Part shown: positions 24,641 to 35,410 of the stretch, piece by piece | Position numbering within the stretch: the stretch's first letter is position 1 | Layout of the letters: the number at the start of each line of letters is the position of its first letter | Assembly (NCBI GenBank): GCA_964036045.1 | Contig: OZ038378.1 | Span: 179,180,001 to 179,244,000 of the forward strand | Direction: 5' to 3' | Length of the DNA stretch: 64,000 nucleotides | DNA from: Eutreptiella sp. 'Long Island Sound 2002' | Lineage: Eukaryota > Protista > Euglenida | The notes under the pieces: model-generated | Told to the model about the DNA's origin: nothing | What the model saw: the letters and a program-made list of their open reading frames with translations, nothing else | Databases searched by the model: none | Program-made: the position numbers and the translations under genes

Positions 24641-27600
24641 GTATGGGTGTGGGTGTGGGTGTGGGTGTGGGTGTGGGTGTGGGTGTGGGTGTGGGTGGCT
24701 TGGTCTAGGCCTGGGTGCAATGCAGTGACGCGTGAGTGGTGTGGATACGGTGTTATGTGCACGTTCGTATGTGTGTTGTGCTGTGTTGTGTTGTGCTGTG
24801 ATACGCATGCTCTCCTGTGTGTGTTCGTGTGCGTATGTGTGTTTTGCCGGGAGCCGAATGGCTTGCTAATGGCGGGGTTGGCGGCTGGCGCCAACTGTGG
24901 CAGCCCATGCAGCTGCCACCAACCCTGAAGTCAGTCGTGGTTGTTCCCAACGACACCGCTAGTTGTCTTCTCGCAGTATTGGGTTGTCGCCACCGCTGCT
25001 GCGTTGCAGGTACGATGCCAGAGCTCTCCGGGAACCCAGTGCCCCTGCCTTCGGCCCCATCGGGACCCGCAGGACCAGTACCATCCCCACATTTGGGGGC
25101 GGGTCCTTCCTCGCAGGCCACCCCCCCTCCTCAGCCCCCAGCCCAAGCTCCCGCAGCCCAGCCTTCGCCCCAGGCCCCCGGGGCTGAGAAGTGCGCAGCG
25201 TCGACTTGTGCTGCTTCTGCCCCGCTGGCTGCGAGTCAGGAGTGGTACGATTGTCAACAGGTGTTTGGTCGGTGGTGGCCTGAATGGGCATGTGCTGAGT
25301 GCAAGGGAAATGGAACCAGGAGGTTTGGTGCATTCGACCCGTGCTGGGCTTGTACACTTGTGGCCTGGACCTGTGCTTGTGAGTTTATTGCTGTGCCGTT
25401 TTGCAGGGGATCGGGTCGACACAGTTTTGTGCCGCTGAGAAGCCTGGCAGCGATGCATGCGGTGGCTTTTTTTTTGTTTCATAACTGATCGAGTCGAGTC
25501 AATTCTGTGACTGAATGCATTTTGTACGGCCCGAGGGCTATTCATGTGGGCCCACCCAGACGAAGCGGTTCTTCCTGTGGCTTTGTGTGTCGCGTTCGTA
25601 TGCGCTCCGTTTTTTACAGGATGTCCCTCCAACACACAACCCTGCCTGGGAGTCCGTGCACAAGCCGCCGTCCCAGCCCCATCCCGGGCAACCCGTGCCC
25701 AGCTCCCAGCCTGATTTACCGTCAGCTCCCCAGCAGCCCTCGCCTCAACAGTTCCAACCCCAACAGCCCCTCTCCCAACAGCCCCTCCAGCAGCAGCCTC
25801 TGCAGCAATCCGAACAGCTTGATTTCCTGCTACAGCAGTCACCCTCGCCGCCCGTACAGCCTCACCTGCAATCCCACCCGCAGCAGCCCCCTCCTCAGCC
25901 CCCCTCTGAGCAGCCCGCCTTCCTGCAGCCTGCCCCACAGCAGATGCTCCCTGAGCAGTTCCAGCAGCAGCCCCCTCTCCAACCGCCTGCTCAGCAACCC
26001 TCTGTCCCGCAGGTGGGTCTGCAGCAGATGCAGCCGCAGCAGCCTCCTGCCCAGCCCCAGTCGGAGTCAAGTATGGGGCCCTTGACAGATGCCATAGGAG
26101 AGCTGTCCTTTGATCCCGTGGAGAAGCCCTTCTGGGGCCTGGACTCGCCCACCACAACGAAGCCACCCCCCGTCGGGCAGGCGTCGCAGAGCGCTGATGA
26201 AGCGGCGATCAATTCCACGGGCCCAGCGCATGCGGATGCGGTATAGTCCCGTGGCCTCCGACTGTTGTTTGTCAGACCCGGTCAAAGAGAGCCCCTTTGC
26301 CCACTGCCATCTGCCCTCTGCCCACTGCCCTGTCCCCCGTGCCCTGTGCTCTGCGCCCTGCCTGGTGCATTTTGCACTATGCACACCGATTAACCTGCAA
26401 TCAAGACTGGATGCGTGTCGATGAGAGCTCTTTCGGGCACGTTTCCGAGATGCAAGGCATTCTTCGTCACTGGAGGCATTCCAAGACATGGCCACCGAAA
26501 CACCCACCCTCCCACGTTAATCGGGAGCGAGACGGGTCATTTTACGCCCCTGCCTCCCTGTGTTAGGTTTCCCACATCAGTGGGGGTGAGCACCCTCCAA
26601 CCTTCACTGCCATCGGAAGTTCTGAATGTGAATGTGAATGTGAATGCGGGCGCCGGCATGGGAGCGACGCCAAGGGGCAGAAGCAGCATTTGTGAGCAGC
26701 CGGACAGCTGTTCCACTCTCACCCACTAAAAACATTTTTCCCCAGTGGCTTGGGACAAGCCATGCAAACAATTTTGTCCTGAAAACGGCAGCAAGTGTGT
26801 GCACCCAGAAGTACCAACCAGCACACGTACTCAGTCTTTACAGGGGGAGGGAAAATTTCGGGCGGGGGTAATTTGGTGGAAAAGTTTCGTCTTTAAGGAA
26901 GGTGGCGAAAGTTTGCCCTGGCGAAATTTAGGGGTGTCAGCAGTGCAGTGAAGATGCCAATGGCATTGCATTCTGTGGGTCCATAGTTAATGAGCAAGTG
27001 TTTGACCAGCAGATGTTGTGAACTAAGCTGCTTTCAGTAGCCTTGATTTGCAAATCTTTTTGCCTCTGAAACGGAGCATGGGCTTGCACATTAAAGTGTG
27101 CGTGAGGCAGTTGAGAGCTTTGGGAATTCCAAGGGTGGCGAAATTTCCCCCCTACGTAATTTTACACGGCAACCCCCGTGCAATTTTTTTTCCCTCCCTG
27201 TATGGCTACCGCCCCCCACCCTGCCTGGGAACAAGAGGCCAAAGAAAACAAGCGGACTGACTGGCATGCTAGGGATGCCAAGGGGCAGAAGCAGCACTTG
27301 CGAGTCGAGGGACAACTGTCCCACGCTCTCGTATTGTACTTCTCCTCAGTGGATTGGAACAAGAAGTGCAACAATCTATTCCTAAAAACTCAAACCAGTG
27401 CGTAAACCAGGCAGTACCAACCGGCACAGCTACTCGGCGTTTTATGGTAACCCCCCCAGCCCCCCCGCCCCCACCCCCTCAAACCCATGGGTGTCTACGC
27501 AAGAGAACCCCAAGTTCTATTGTGCAATGCTTGCTCAAGATTATTTCGTCGAAATTCGCTGGCTCGGGGAGTTGGAGACTTTGTGCACGCTGCAAAAAAG

Positions 27601-29568
27601 ATGGACCTCACAGAGGCACACACAATAGTAATAATAATATTATTATTGCTCTCTAACACTAGGGGTTGTTGTACTAGGGTTAAGGTGGCCTAGCTGGTGG
27701 AACAGTCGGATCTTGTAGCCCTCTTGAGGGTGTAGGGTGGATCGATCCCCCCCCAGAGTCAAGCAATGCGCGGCCTACGTGCCCCCCATGAAACTGCACT
27801 TTAGCTCGTTCCGGATGTTTCGGCCGGGGTTTGTGTCTGCCGCCGCGATTGCCTGCACCCTAAAGCGATGGGCTGCTTTGCACAGGCACAGGCAAGTGCG
27901 CCAAGCGCCCCAGAGGTGCCCGCGGCCCCGGATCTCGGTGCACCTTGCGAGTTTCATTTCGATCCTGTGCTCAAGCCGTCGCCAGCCCCCGCCAGCGACG
28001 ACGTCGACCCCAACAGTGCACCTCCCGGACAGGTACGTCGGTTAGGGGGAGCCCTGCACATACATGGCGGGCACTCGGCAGCACATTGCAGCACGGGGAT
28101 TGGCAGGAGCACCGGGAGGTTACTGGAAGTGGCAGTAGCATTGCCGTAGCGGTGAGTCCGTTTGAATGACCCCCCCCCCCCCCACCACCACCCCACCCCC
28201 TGCCACCGCAATTATCAACCGGAAATCCCCCCCCCCCCTCCATGAGCCAAGGTCGGGGGCATGAAGCGCTGCCAAAAGCCCTTGAAGAGCTTGAATACGG
28301 CAGAGGAAGTTTCAAGAAAGCCACCCGTGGCACAGCATTTGTACTGACGTAAAGTGCGGGCGAACATGGTATGGTCAGATGGAGGACTAAGCGCGCAGAC
28401 AACACCGTGCGGAAGCAGTGCTCTGCCGAGCCGCGCAGAAACACAAACAATGGGCGCTGGTTCCGTCAAATTTGGATTTTTGTTTGGAGGAGAGTATTGT
28501 CGATTTGCTGCAAATGGCATGATTTGCCGGACGGGAAGGGGTGCATTGACTGTCTTTTTTTTTCCACAACCAAAGGGCCTGCAAGTGAGTGCTATGGGCA
28601 GCGGTCTTTCTGCGATGAAGCAGACAGCCCGTCTTTTGCCGCAACACAACGCAGCCCGCGACGAGTTTGATGCGATAGCGGCTTCAGCACTGCTGCGCAC
28701 ATGAGGGGGGTATCAAGTGACAGGTGCTGGAGGTTGAGGTCTGTTGAAGATAGACCGACTTCTTGCGCAGATCTGTAGTTTGGCAAGTGCCTGGTCCTCG
28801 CGTTTGAGTCTTGGGTCCATGAGGACACCACCATTTTTCGCCGTGATGTGGGTAGTGCGGGGGGGGGGGGGGGGGGGTATATGACATGGTATATGGCAAC
28901 GTGCACAGACACATGGTACATGGAGAGTGTACACTACTCGGCGCTTCGTTATCACGATTCAGCGTTGTGTTGCGTTCCCGAGCCAACTGCCTATTTACCA
29001 GTACGACACTCCCGCCGGCCCGCCGTTTCGCCCTCCGCGCTGAAGATTATTGCCGTCTGGATCCTTAATGTGTTGGTGCCCCGCCCCGCCACCATGGAGA
29101 CACGGAAACGGTGGGCCAACACAGCGGCTTGGTGGATCTTCGTGACCCTGGTAGGCCTCGGCGAAGGAAGGCCTGGTCGAGATCCCCCCCCCCCCTTGAG
29201 CAAGCATGTGCTTGTCCAAGCACGGCGACCGCGTCTGACCGTTGTTTTCCTGACCGTTCCTTTAGGTTTCCTCTTGTGGGCACTGCCTTGTCTCAGCATA
29301 GGACGCCATCTGACCGTTGTTTTCCTGATTTTCAATGTGCTTGCGCAAGGGGGGGGGGTTTAGTGTGCTCACGGGTCCGGGGGCTTTTGCAAACGTGTGT
29401 GATCGACTGCGTGTCCGGTGTCCGCAGGTGACCACAATGGCCGCAAGTGATATTCCTGCGGACGCGGACGCTGACGCGGACGCACAAGCTGATGACGCTG
29501 GCGACGGAGCGGCGGTTGACTTCTCCGATTTGGAAGCCCGCTTCGAGGCCCTCCGACGTTCGAGCTAA
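20366..29568 (+). CDS. IST1: IST1 (ESCRT-III-associated regulator of Vps4), about 587 aa, with a long Pro/Gln-rich C-terminal region
   Basis: Exons 20366-20440, 20808-20936, 21691-21802, 23563-23705, 24415-24559, 25010-25260, 25620-26240, 27886-28032, 29428-29568 (TAA); all GT-AG and phase-consistent (1764 nt). Ist1 domain: KLKSSLKMAVTRLQMQKNKK, REIAGLLQNGKYESARIKVETLIRDEYVIEAFELVTLFCELLSTR, HTLIWTAPR, ELLVIREQLARKYG. C-terminal MIM1-like DFSDLEARFEALRR. Boundaries of exons 5-8 (low complexity) are less certain. Confidence 0.92.
21073..21655. mobile_element. MITE-like element (CAGGG...CCCTG ends, GAAATTTTCCCC subterminal motifs) in IST1 intron 2
   Basis: Left end CA(G)nACTTCGCC and right end GGCGAAGT(C)nTG, with about 40 bp of imperfect inverted similarity. 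A related motif cluster lies at 55065-55260. Confidence 0.75.
24315..24700. repeat. Microsatellites flanking IST1 exon 5: (GCT)n, (CTGT)n, (GGGTGT)n
   Basis: (GCT/CCT)n at about 24315-24385; (CTGT)n at about 24582-24635; (GGGTGT)n at about 24644-24697. Confidence 0.9.
26560..27450 (+). repeat. Two R1-family copies in IST1 intron 7 (the first interrupted by the 26841-27200 MITE)
   Basis: CCAAGGGGCAGAAGCAGCA at about 26670 and 27277; GTACCAACC at about 26812 and 27414. Confidence 0.75.
26841..27200. mobile_element. Tc1/mariner-like MITE with TA target duplication, nested in another repeat
   Basis: TA|CAGGGGGAGGGAAAATT ... AATTTTTTTTCCCTCCCTG|TA. The rejoined flank (GTCTTTATGGCTACC) resembles the uninterrupted sister repeat at about 27435 (GCGTTTATGGTAACC). 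Confidence 0.75.
27677..27755 (+). ncRNA. Degenerate tRNA-like sequence in IST1 intron 7
   Basis: A-box-like TGGCCTAGCTGG, hairpin CCCTC-TT-GAGGG, B-box-like GGATCGATCCC; no complete cloverleaf. Confidence 0.3.
29184..29358. mobile_element. ~175-bp MITE, family copy 1 (poly-C/poly-G-tipped TIR)
   Basis: (C)nTTGAGCAAGCA ... TGCTTGCGCAA(G)n. The internal sequence (TTTTCCTGACCG...CCTTTAGGTTTCCTCTTGTGGG...GCATAGGACGCCATCTGACCG) is shared with 57007-57178. Confidence 0.8.
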
Positions 29569-29953
29569 AGGCAGCCAGCACCGCTCTCTGTGTGCTGATT
29601 CCTGAGGGCAGAACGTTCCTTACGACCCGGAGCGTTGGTTTTTTCATTCTACGAATCAAACTCGCGTGCAGCTTTGACGGCGGTTGCCGCATTACCGAAT
29701 GCAGTTGGTGCGTAGTTGACCGCCACTTGGGGGCAACAGACGCCAGCGCGTAACTGACGGATATTAGCGCATCATATTTGCAGTTCGTCCTTGATCGTTG
29801 CAATTTTTGTTGGAACTATGGAACCTCTCACCTCACAACTACTTTGACACGCCGTTCCCGCCGTAGCTAATGCCTCAGACGGCTGTTTGTGATTGATCAT
29901 TCGCCAGATCAGGTTGGAGTTGTGCTGAAACAAGGCTGGGCTCTCCTTCCCCA

Positions 29954-30800
29954 TCAGGGCCAGTAGCGTCCCACCCAGTTTCGGATGCAGCACAATGTCC
30001 CCATTAGGCCAATGGTCCAACCGCCCACCCGTGTCCCAACCGCTCCGAACCACCGTTTGTAACCGTAGTAATTTCGCCCCTCTTTGCCCTGATGCAAAAC
30101 ACTAATCTCGTGGTTGAGTTTCTGGGGCCCGTTCCCACAATCACGACTTGACGAGCACGATTCTGATGCCATGCACAAGGGCCGCCTGAGGTTGTCGGGG
30201 GTCGAAAGGTCCTCGTCGGCAGGGCTGGCTGTGGTACACCTGTGGTAGGCGTCCAAGTACGAAAAACGCCGGCCACACAGCAACTGTTGGCAGTCACCCT
30301 TCCATCGCCGCCGGTTTTTTCCCATCTAACTGCAGCACTGCCGTTTTGGGACCGCAACACAGCTCAATATCCATCTCCGCATTGGGGCTGGCACGCCCTG
30401 TCCGGAATACTGATGTGGTACGCAGATGTGGGTATTGCTGCTTTGTAGTAGTCCCGCTGTCTGCTCTGCCGAGAACGCCCACGCAGTTGCCCTGGTCGCT
30501 CTACCATCTCGACCGACCGAACTCTCGGGGGGGGTCTGAAGACTAGTGAGTTGTCTGCTTCTTTCATTTTGACTGTGGGGCAAGGATTTGTCACAGTGTG
30601 TCCATTGCGACATGGCGGACAACCAAAGGCACGCCGACCAGTTCACATCCAGTATCAGCAGCGAGTGATCGCCCGAAGTTTTGACGGTTGGGGGGGGCTT
30701 TGTGGATTCTTGGTCGGGCTCCGGGCGAAATCGACGGGTGGTGAGTTCCTGAACCAGTGATGGAGGATTGCTTACAGCGCCTGGGTTGGGGCTCTGCATG
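29954..30800 (-). other. Decayed coding-like segment, Cys/His-rich, of unknown origin
   Basis: One frame spans about 280 codons with a single stop (30326). It includes CQQLLCGRRFSYLDAYHRC (C2H2-like), and an adjacent frame gives an open 93-codon continuation (29772-30053). No family recognised. Confidence 0.25.
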
Positions 30801-31208
30801 TGGCATAAGTTTCCCCTGTGACATGCACTGCAATATTCATCGACCCCAGGCCAGGGCTATTACTCATCCGCGATCCCCCACATCCGATGTGTGACTCTGT
30901 ATTTCGGGATGTGTGAATTGTGTGACAAGTAGGATCCACCCATGATCATAACCCTGACCCCATCTTTCCTCAGTTGATCGCGTGTCATTGACACGTGATC
31001 AATCAGATTATCTGCGTTTTTTGCCTGCTGACCCTGTATTTGGCTGCACCTGTGCTGCAACTTTTGGGTGGGCACGCGCCATCTGCCAAAAAAAGCAGGC
31101 CAATATTTTCCTCCTGAGAGAGCCCCCAACAGGAGCTGAGAGGGGGCGCGCTGTGCGCTGTGCGAAAAGTTGGCTGTTTTCCGCCACCCGTAGCCACGGG
31201 TCCCAGGG

Positions 31209-31232
31209 CAGACATGTGGTTACAGCCGTGCG
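31209..31232 (+). repeat. Left TIR of the hAT element
   Basis: CAGACATGTGGTTACAGCCGTGCG, exact reverse complement of 35387-35410. Confidence 0.95.
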
Positions 31233-31803
31233 CAAGGGTGGGGCTTTGCTGTGCGCAACTGTGCGTCCTCTTCAAATGTAGCCGTGCGCAACCGTGCGCT
31301 GCCTTGTAATCTAGCCGTGCGCAACCGTGCGACCAATTTTTGACCAAAAATTTTGACCGGAAAGCCCCTTAAGTGCCGGCCGCGTCCGATGATGGTGTTT
31401 ATTGGTACAACACCGGAGGGGTGGGGGTACCTCGTCGTCTTCTCCTTCTTTGCCAACAAAAGCTGCTGCACAAAACGAACCAAGAAGCAGACCCAACGGC
31501 CTTTAGGGCCCTCACTGCGGAGAGGCAAGCATGCAGCACCAGGTGGATATATTTCAACAGCAACCATGGTATGAAAAGATGGGTATTTGGCGCTACTGTG
31601 GGTTGTGGAAGTTGAAAGTTGCCTGGGCCACTGGGTAGTGTGGTATGCTTGCCAGAAAGGAGTAGACACTCAGACCTTTGGCTGAGGCATGTCGCCACAT
31701 GTCGGTCAGCAAGTGATTCTTTTCAAGGATGCAGGCCGATCCCATCCCTTGGAGCAACACCTCTTTTTCCTCTTTGGCCACTCAGACTACCTTTTTACGC
31801 GAC

Positions 31804-34800
31804 ATGTTGGCGAAGTGGGTGAAGAAGGCGCAGATTCCACTCCCGAGCGACAGCACCAGCAGCAGCAACGACCTCCGTGTTGCTGAGCAAAGTGTAGCGC
31901 AAGAGCCCAACCCACCATCCCCTTCCACACCGTTACAGGCGGGCAAAGGCAAGACCAGCAGGGAAAAGAAGAGGAAGGACGCGGAGAGTTCATCGCCATC
32001 GCCAAAGAAGTCAACAAGATCAAGTTCACTGCAGGTACCTTTCTTTGTGCTATTTTTCCATGCCTGTGGGGCAGAGTTGTCTTTAGCGGTGGTCACAATC
32101 ACAGTCACTATCACAGTCACAGTCACAGTCACTATCACAGTCACTATCACAGTCACAGTCACAGACACAGTCATTATCATAAGTCACAGTCACAGTCACA
32201 CTCACAGTCACAGTCACAGTCACAGTCACTATCACAGTCACATTTGGGCAGAATTTGTTGTTGCTTTCTGTGTGCCACTTTTCTGTTTGTGTGTTTGTAG
32301 AGGACACCGAAGTCCCGCAAGTCCACACCGGATGCGTGTACCGTGGCATCGCCGAAGCGTGCATTCCGGAAGGAGTGGCAGATCGGGCGCAATTGGTTAC
32401 TATTCTCAGTGGACGATGGGATGTGGTGTCTCCTCTGTTATAAGTATCGTCACGATTCCCGAGTGGTACGCTTTGGCCGACATACCAATCCTCTGGTGTA
32501 TGCTACAAAAAATTATCGGGTGGAGATTGTGGTTGCACATGCGGAGACATCCTATCACCTTCGTGCTGTTCATTTGGAGTCCATGAAGACTGCAGCAACA
32601 GTGCAGGCTGTGGCTGTTCGACTGCCGCCCACAATCGTTCCACAAGTGAAGGTTATTTTCCGTACAATTTATAGTATGGCGCAGCGCGGCATCAGTTGGT
32701 CTCAATTGCGTGCGGAATTGGAGCTGCAGACAGCCAATGGGGTGATATATCACTTGAGGTATTTGTGTGGTGCTGCTGAGCCCTGTTTGCCCTGTTTGCC
32801 CTGTTTGATGTGGTACAGAATATCCAGAGGGTGAAATGGGTAGGGTTGTTGCATAGCTATAGAGGCAGGAACACATGGTGTGCCATATCAGCCAAAAAAA
32901 AAATCACACAGCTCGTTCTATGCGACGAAAAAATGGCATATGTAGAACGAAGGTCATTGGCTGAGCGGTTAAAGGCATGGGTGATAAAGCTGTCAATTTG
33001 ACAGAGATGGGTTCAATTCCCACTGCATGCATTCTATGTCCTGTTGTGCTGGGGGCACTGAGCACTCTACCCTGCTGTCATGTCTTTTTCATGTCATTGT
33101 TGTGCTTCCGTTCAGGTACAAGGAGCGCTACTACGTACCGTTGGTGTTGTGCTTTTTGGCTGCGGAGTGCCGGCGCTGGTTGTCGAGGAAGTTGAGCATG
33201 GCAACATCACGGTCGTTCATGGCCGATGAAGTACGAGTGGCTGGTGAGGATTGGCTGACAATATGTGCACGATGGTTTGGGCCACAAGAATTCAGGGAAA
33301 GTCCAATTGGAGTTTTGCAACTGGGAGAAGACCGCGATGCTGCTGCCTTGGTTGCTGGATTTGTTTCCATTATGCAGGGATTGGGCTGCAATGACAAGGT
33401 GTGGATGAGTTCTTCAACAATTTCGTGCACTTTTGATGGTGCGAAGGTTCTACTTTCAGCAGTATCCCGGTCATTGAGAGAGCGGGTGTTACCAAAGGAC
33501 GAGGAAGAGGAAGAGCAGAAGGAGAGTGCCCAAGAGGAAAGGCCTTTGGCAGGCATGTATACACTTTATTGCTGCAGCCATCGCACACAACGTGTGGATG
33601 CAGATGCAACCAAGAACTCTCCCATTGTGCGGAAGTTGCACTCCTTGCTGAAGAACACTGCGAATTTCTTTGGCCGTTCAACCAAAAGATGGCATGGAAT
33701 GCGCCGTGTGGCCCGTTGTATGGGTTATGCCACAGAACTGGGGGCAAAGAAAGCAGTGCTGTGCAGGTACACAAAGTTGCAGAAGACAAGGTTTGTGGTT
33801 TGGAAGGCCAAAGCCATCAAGCGTTGGTTGAAGAATATTTTTGCCCTACTGCCATACCTGGAGGGGTCAAAGTTCAAAGACAGGAAGACTCGTCGCAAAG
33901 CTTCTGGACTTCTTCGCCGTGCGCAAAAGGCTCAGTATGTGTATGCCCTGCATCATTATTTCCACTACTGTGCTGCACTCCAACACTTGTCGCTCAGCAC
34001 GCAGGGGTATCAAGCTGTGTTACCAACGTTGCGACATTCTCTGGTCACATGCCACCATATGTTGGACGCTGCGCGCACAAACACGTTCCGTCAAAAATGG
34101 GATCCTTCAACTGGGAAATATCATACAGTTAAACTGATGGGCACGTTGGAGGAGCTGGACCACGTGGACAATTGGTACACCAGGCTACTGGGCTATACAC
34201 GGCAAGCCTTGAAGGATCGGTTTCCTGAGGATGAAATAGTAACCGCAGCCAGCCTTTTTGACCGCCGAACATGGCCAAAGGAGCCCAAGGACCTGTCAAA
34301 AGATGACCGTCTCCCTGCATTGCAAAAGCTGAGCAGTACATTTCCTGCAATCAAACAGTTTTCGGAGAAGCAGTTTGTGTCAGCGGCTTGTGCAGTGGCA
34401 GCAATGGTACCACCTCTGGTTTCTTCAAGGGGCCGCATACGAGCACATGATTGCACGCATTGTTGGGCAATTGCGAGTCAAGCATCCTGGGCAACGTCAC
34501 ACCTCCCTGTTGTGCGGGCTGCCACCGTGCTTTGCACTATTGCCCAGTCCCAAAGTTCCACCGAACGTATGAATAGTATGTTGAAGCTAGCTGCGGGTGG
34601 TCGGCGGTGGCGTTTGACCGGACAAGGGTTAGCGGATGAAGTGCTTATTCGTACAGTGGGTCCAAGTCTGCCGGATGCAGAGGATTTGATACATCGGGCT
34701 GTGGTGCAGTGGTCTATCGCTGCGGAACGTCGTCCTCAAAGCTATGAAGACTCATCAGAAAGTGATTCTGATGAAATGGGTACCTCGGATTCCGATACTT

Positions 34801-35156
34801 CGTTTGCTACGGGCTCAAGTATCTCAAGTGGGGAAGAGGGAAGCATGTCAAGCCGTTCAGCAGCTTCAGCTGATGACGATGAAGAGCCTTTGCCGCAACC
34901 TGAACCAGCTGAACCACAACAACCCGAACAAGCCGAAGAAGATGTGCAACAAGACGCTCCACAAGATGCTGCACCAGATTTCTTGTCATGGCTCTCTAAG
35001 TACCGCCCCCAATTGGCTGCTTATGAGATCCGCCTGCGGCGCGATGGTTGGGACACAGTTCAATCGTTGAAGCTATTGACAGTGGAGGACATGGCGCAAT
35101 TGAATATTCTACCAGGACATCGCCGCTTATTGGTGGACACGGTGAAGGACTTGTAG
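31804..35156 (+). CDS. hAT (ZNF862/Tip100-like) transposase with N-terminal TTF-type zinc finger and C-terminal SAM domain, about 909 aa
   Basis: Exons 31804-32034, 32301-32758, 33116-35156 (GT-AG, phases 0 and 2 match; 2730 nt). Zinc finger WLLFSVDDGMWCLLC...HAETSYH. Catalytic motifs SFMADE (D1), CTFDGAKV (D2), YCCSHRT (CxxH), KTRF (TRW position), SQSSTERMNSML (E). SAM-like end DFLSWLSKYRPQLAAYEIRLRRDGWDTVQSLKLLTVEDMAQLNILPGHRRLLVDTVKDL. Confidence 0.9.
32095..32240. repeat. (CACAGT)n hexamer microsatellite in transposase intron 1
   Basis: More than 20 imperfect CACAGT/CACTAT units. Confidence 0.9.
32952..33030 (+). ncRNA. tRNA-like sequence (probable tRNA-derived SINE head or pseudo-tRNA, long variable arm) in transposase intron 2
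   Basis: A-box-like TGGCTGAGCGGTTAAAGGC, variable-arm hairpin CTGTCA-ATT-TGACAG, B-box-like GGGTTCAATTCCC. Acceptor and anticodon stems do not pair well. Confidence 0.4.
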
Positions 35157-35386
35157 CTCATGGTGCTTGGCCTGGTGGGGCGCCAACATTTTTTGGTTGG
35201 CCCAGAATTGACTGGGGGGTCTTTTGCACTGCACAGTGCCCTTAAACACAAATTCCACCAGCACCACTTTTTGGTATGTACTTTTTCTTGAAGTGCCGCT
35301 CAACCGTGCGCAAGCGTGCGCCACGTTCAGATCTCGCTGTGCGCAACCGTGCATATCCGGAAAAAGTAGCCGTGCGCAACCGTACA

Positions 35387-35410
35387 CGCACGGCTGTAAC
35401 CACATGTCTG
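35387..35410 (-). repeat. Right TIR of the hAT element
   Basis: CGCACGGCTGTAACCACATGTCTG, exact reverse complement of 31209-31232. Confidence 0.95.

Larger units (their letters stand above)
31209..35410 (+). mobile_element. Full-length hAT-like DNA transposon (4202 bp) with 24-bp TIRs and flanking target duplication
   Basis: Perfect TIR CAGACATGTGGTTACAGCCGTGCG at 31209-31232, with its reverse complement at 35387-35410. GTCCCAGGG lies immediately on both sides (31200-31208, 35411-35419). Subterminal GTGCGCAACCGTGC-type repeats occur at both ends, and the element encodes an uninterrupted spliced transposase. Confidence 0.93.

Noticed and set aside
24931-26166. 411-aa Ala/Gly-rich minus-strand ORF
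   Set aside because: Antisense shadow of the Gln/Pro-rich IST1 exons 6-7.
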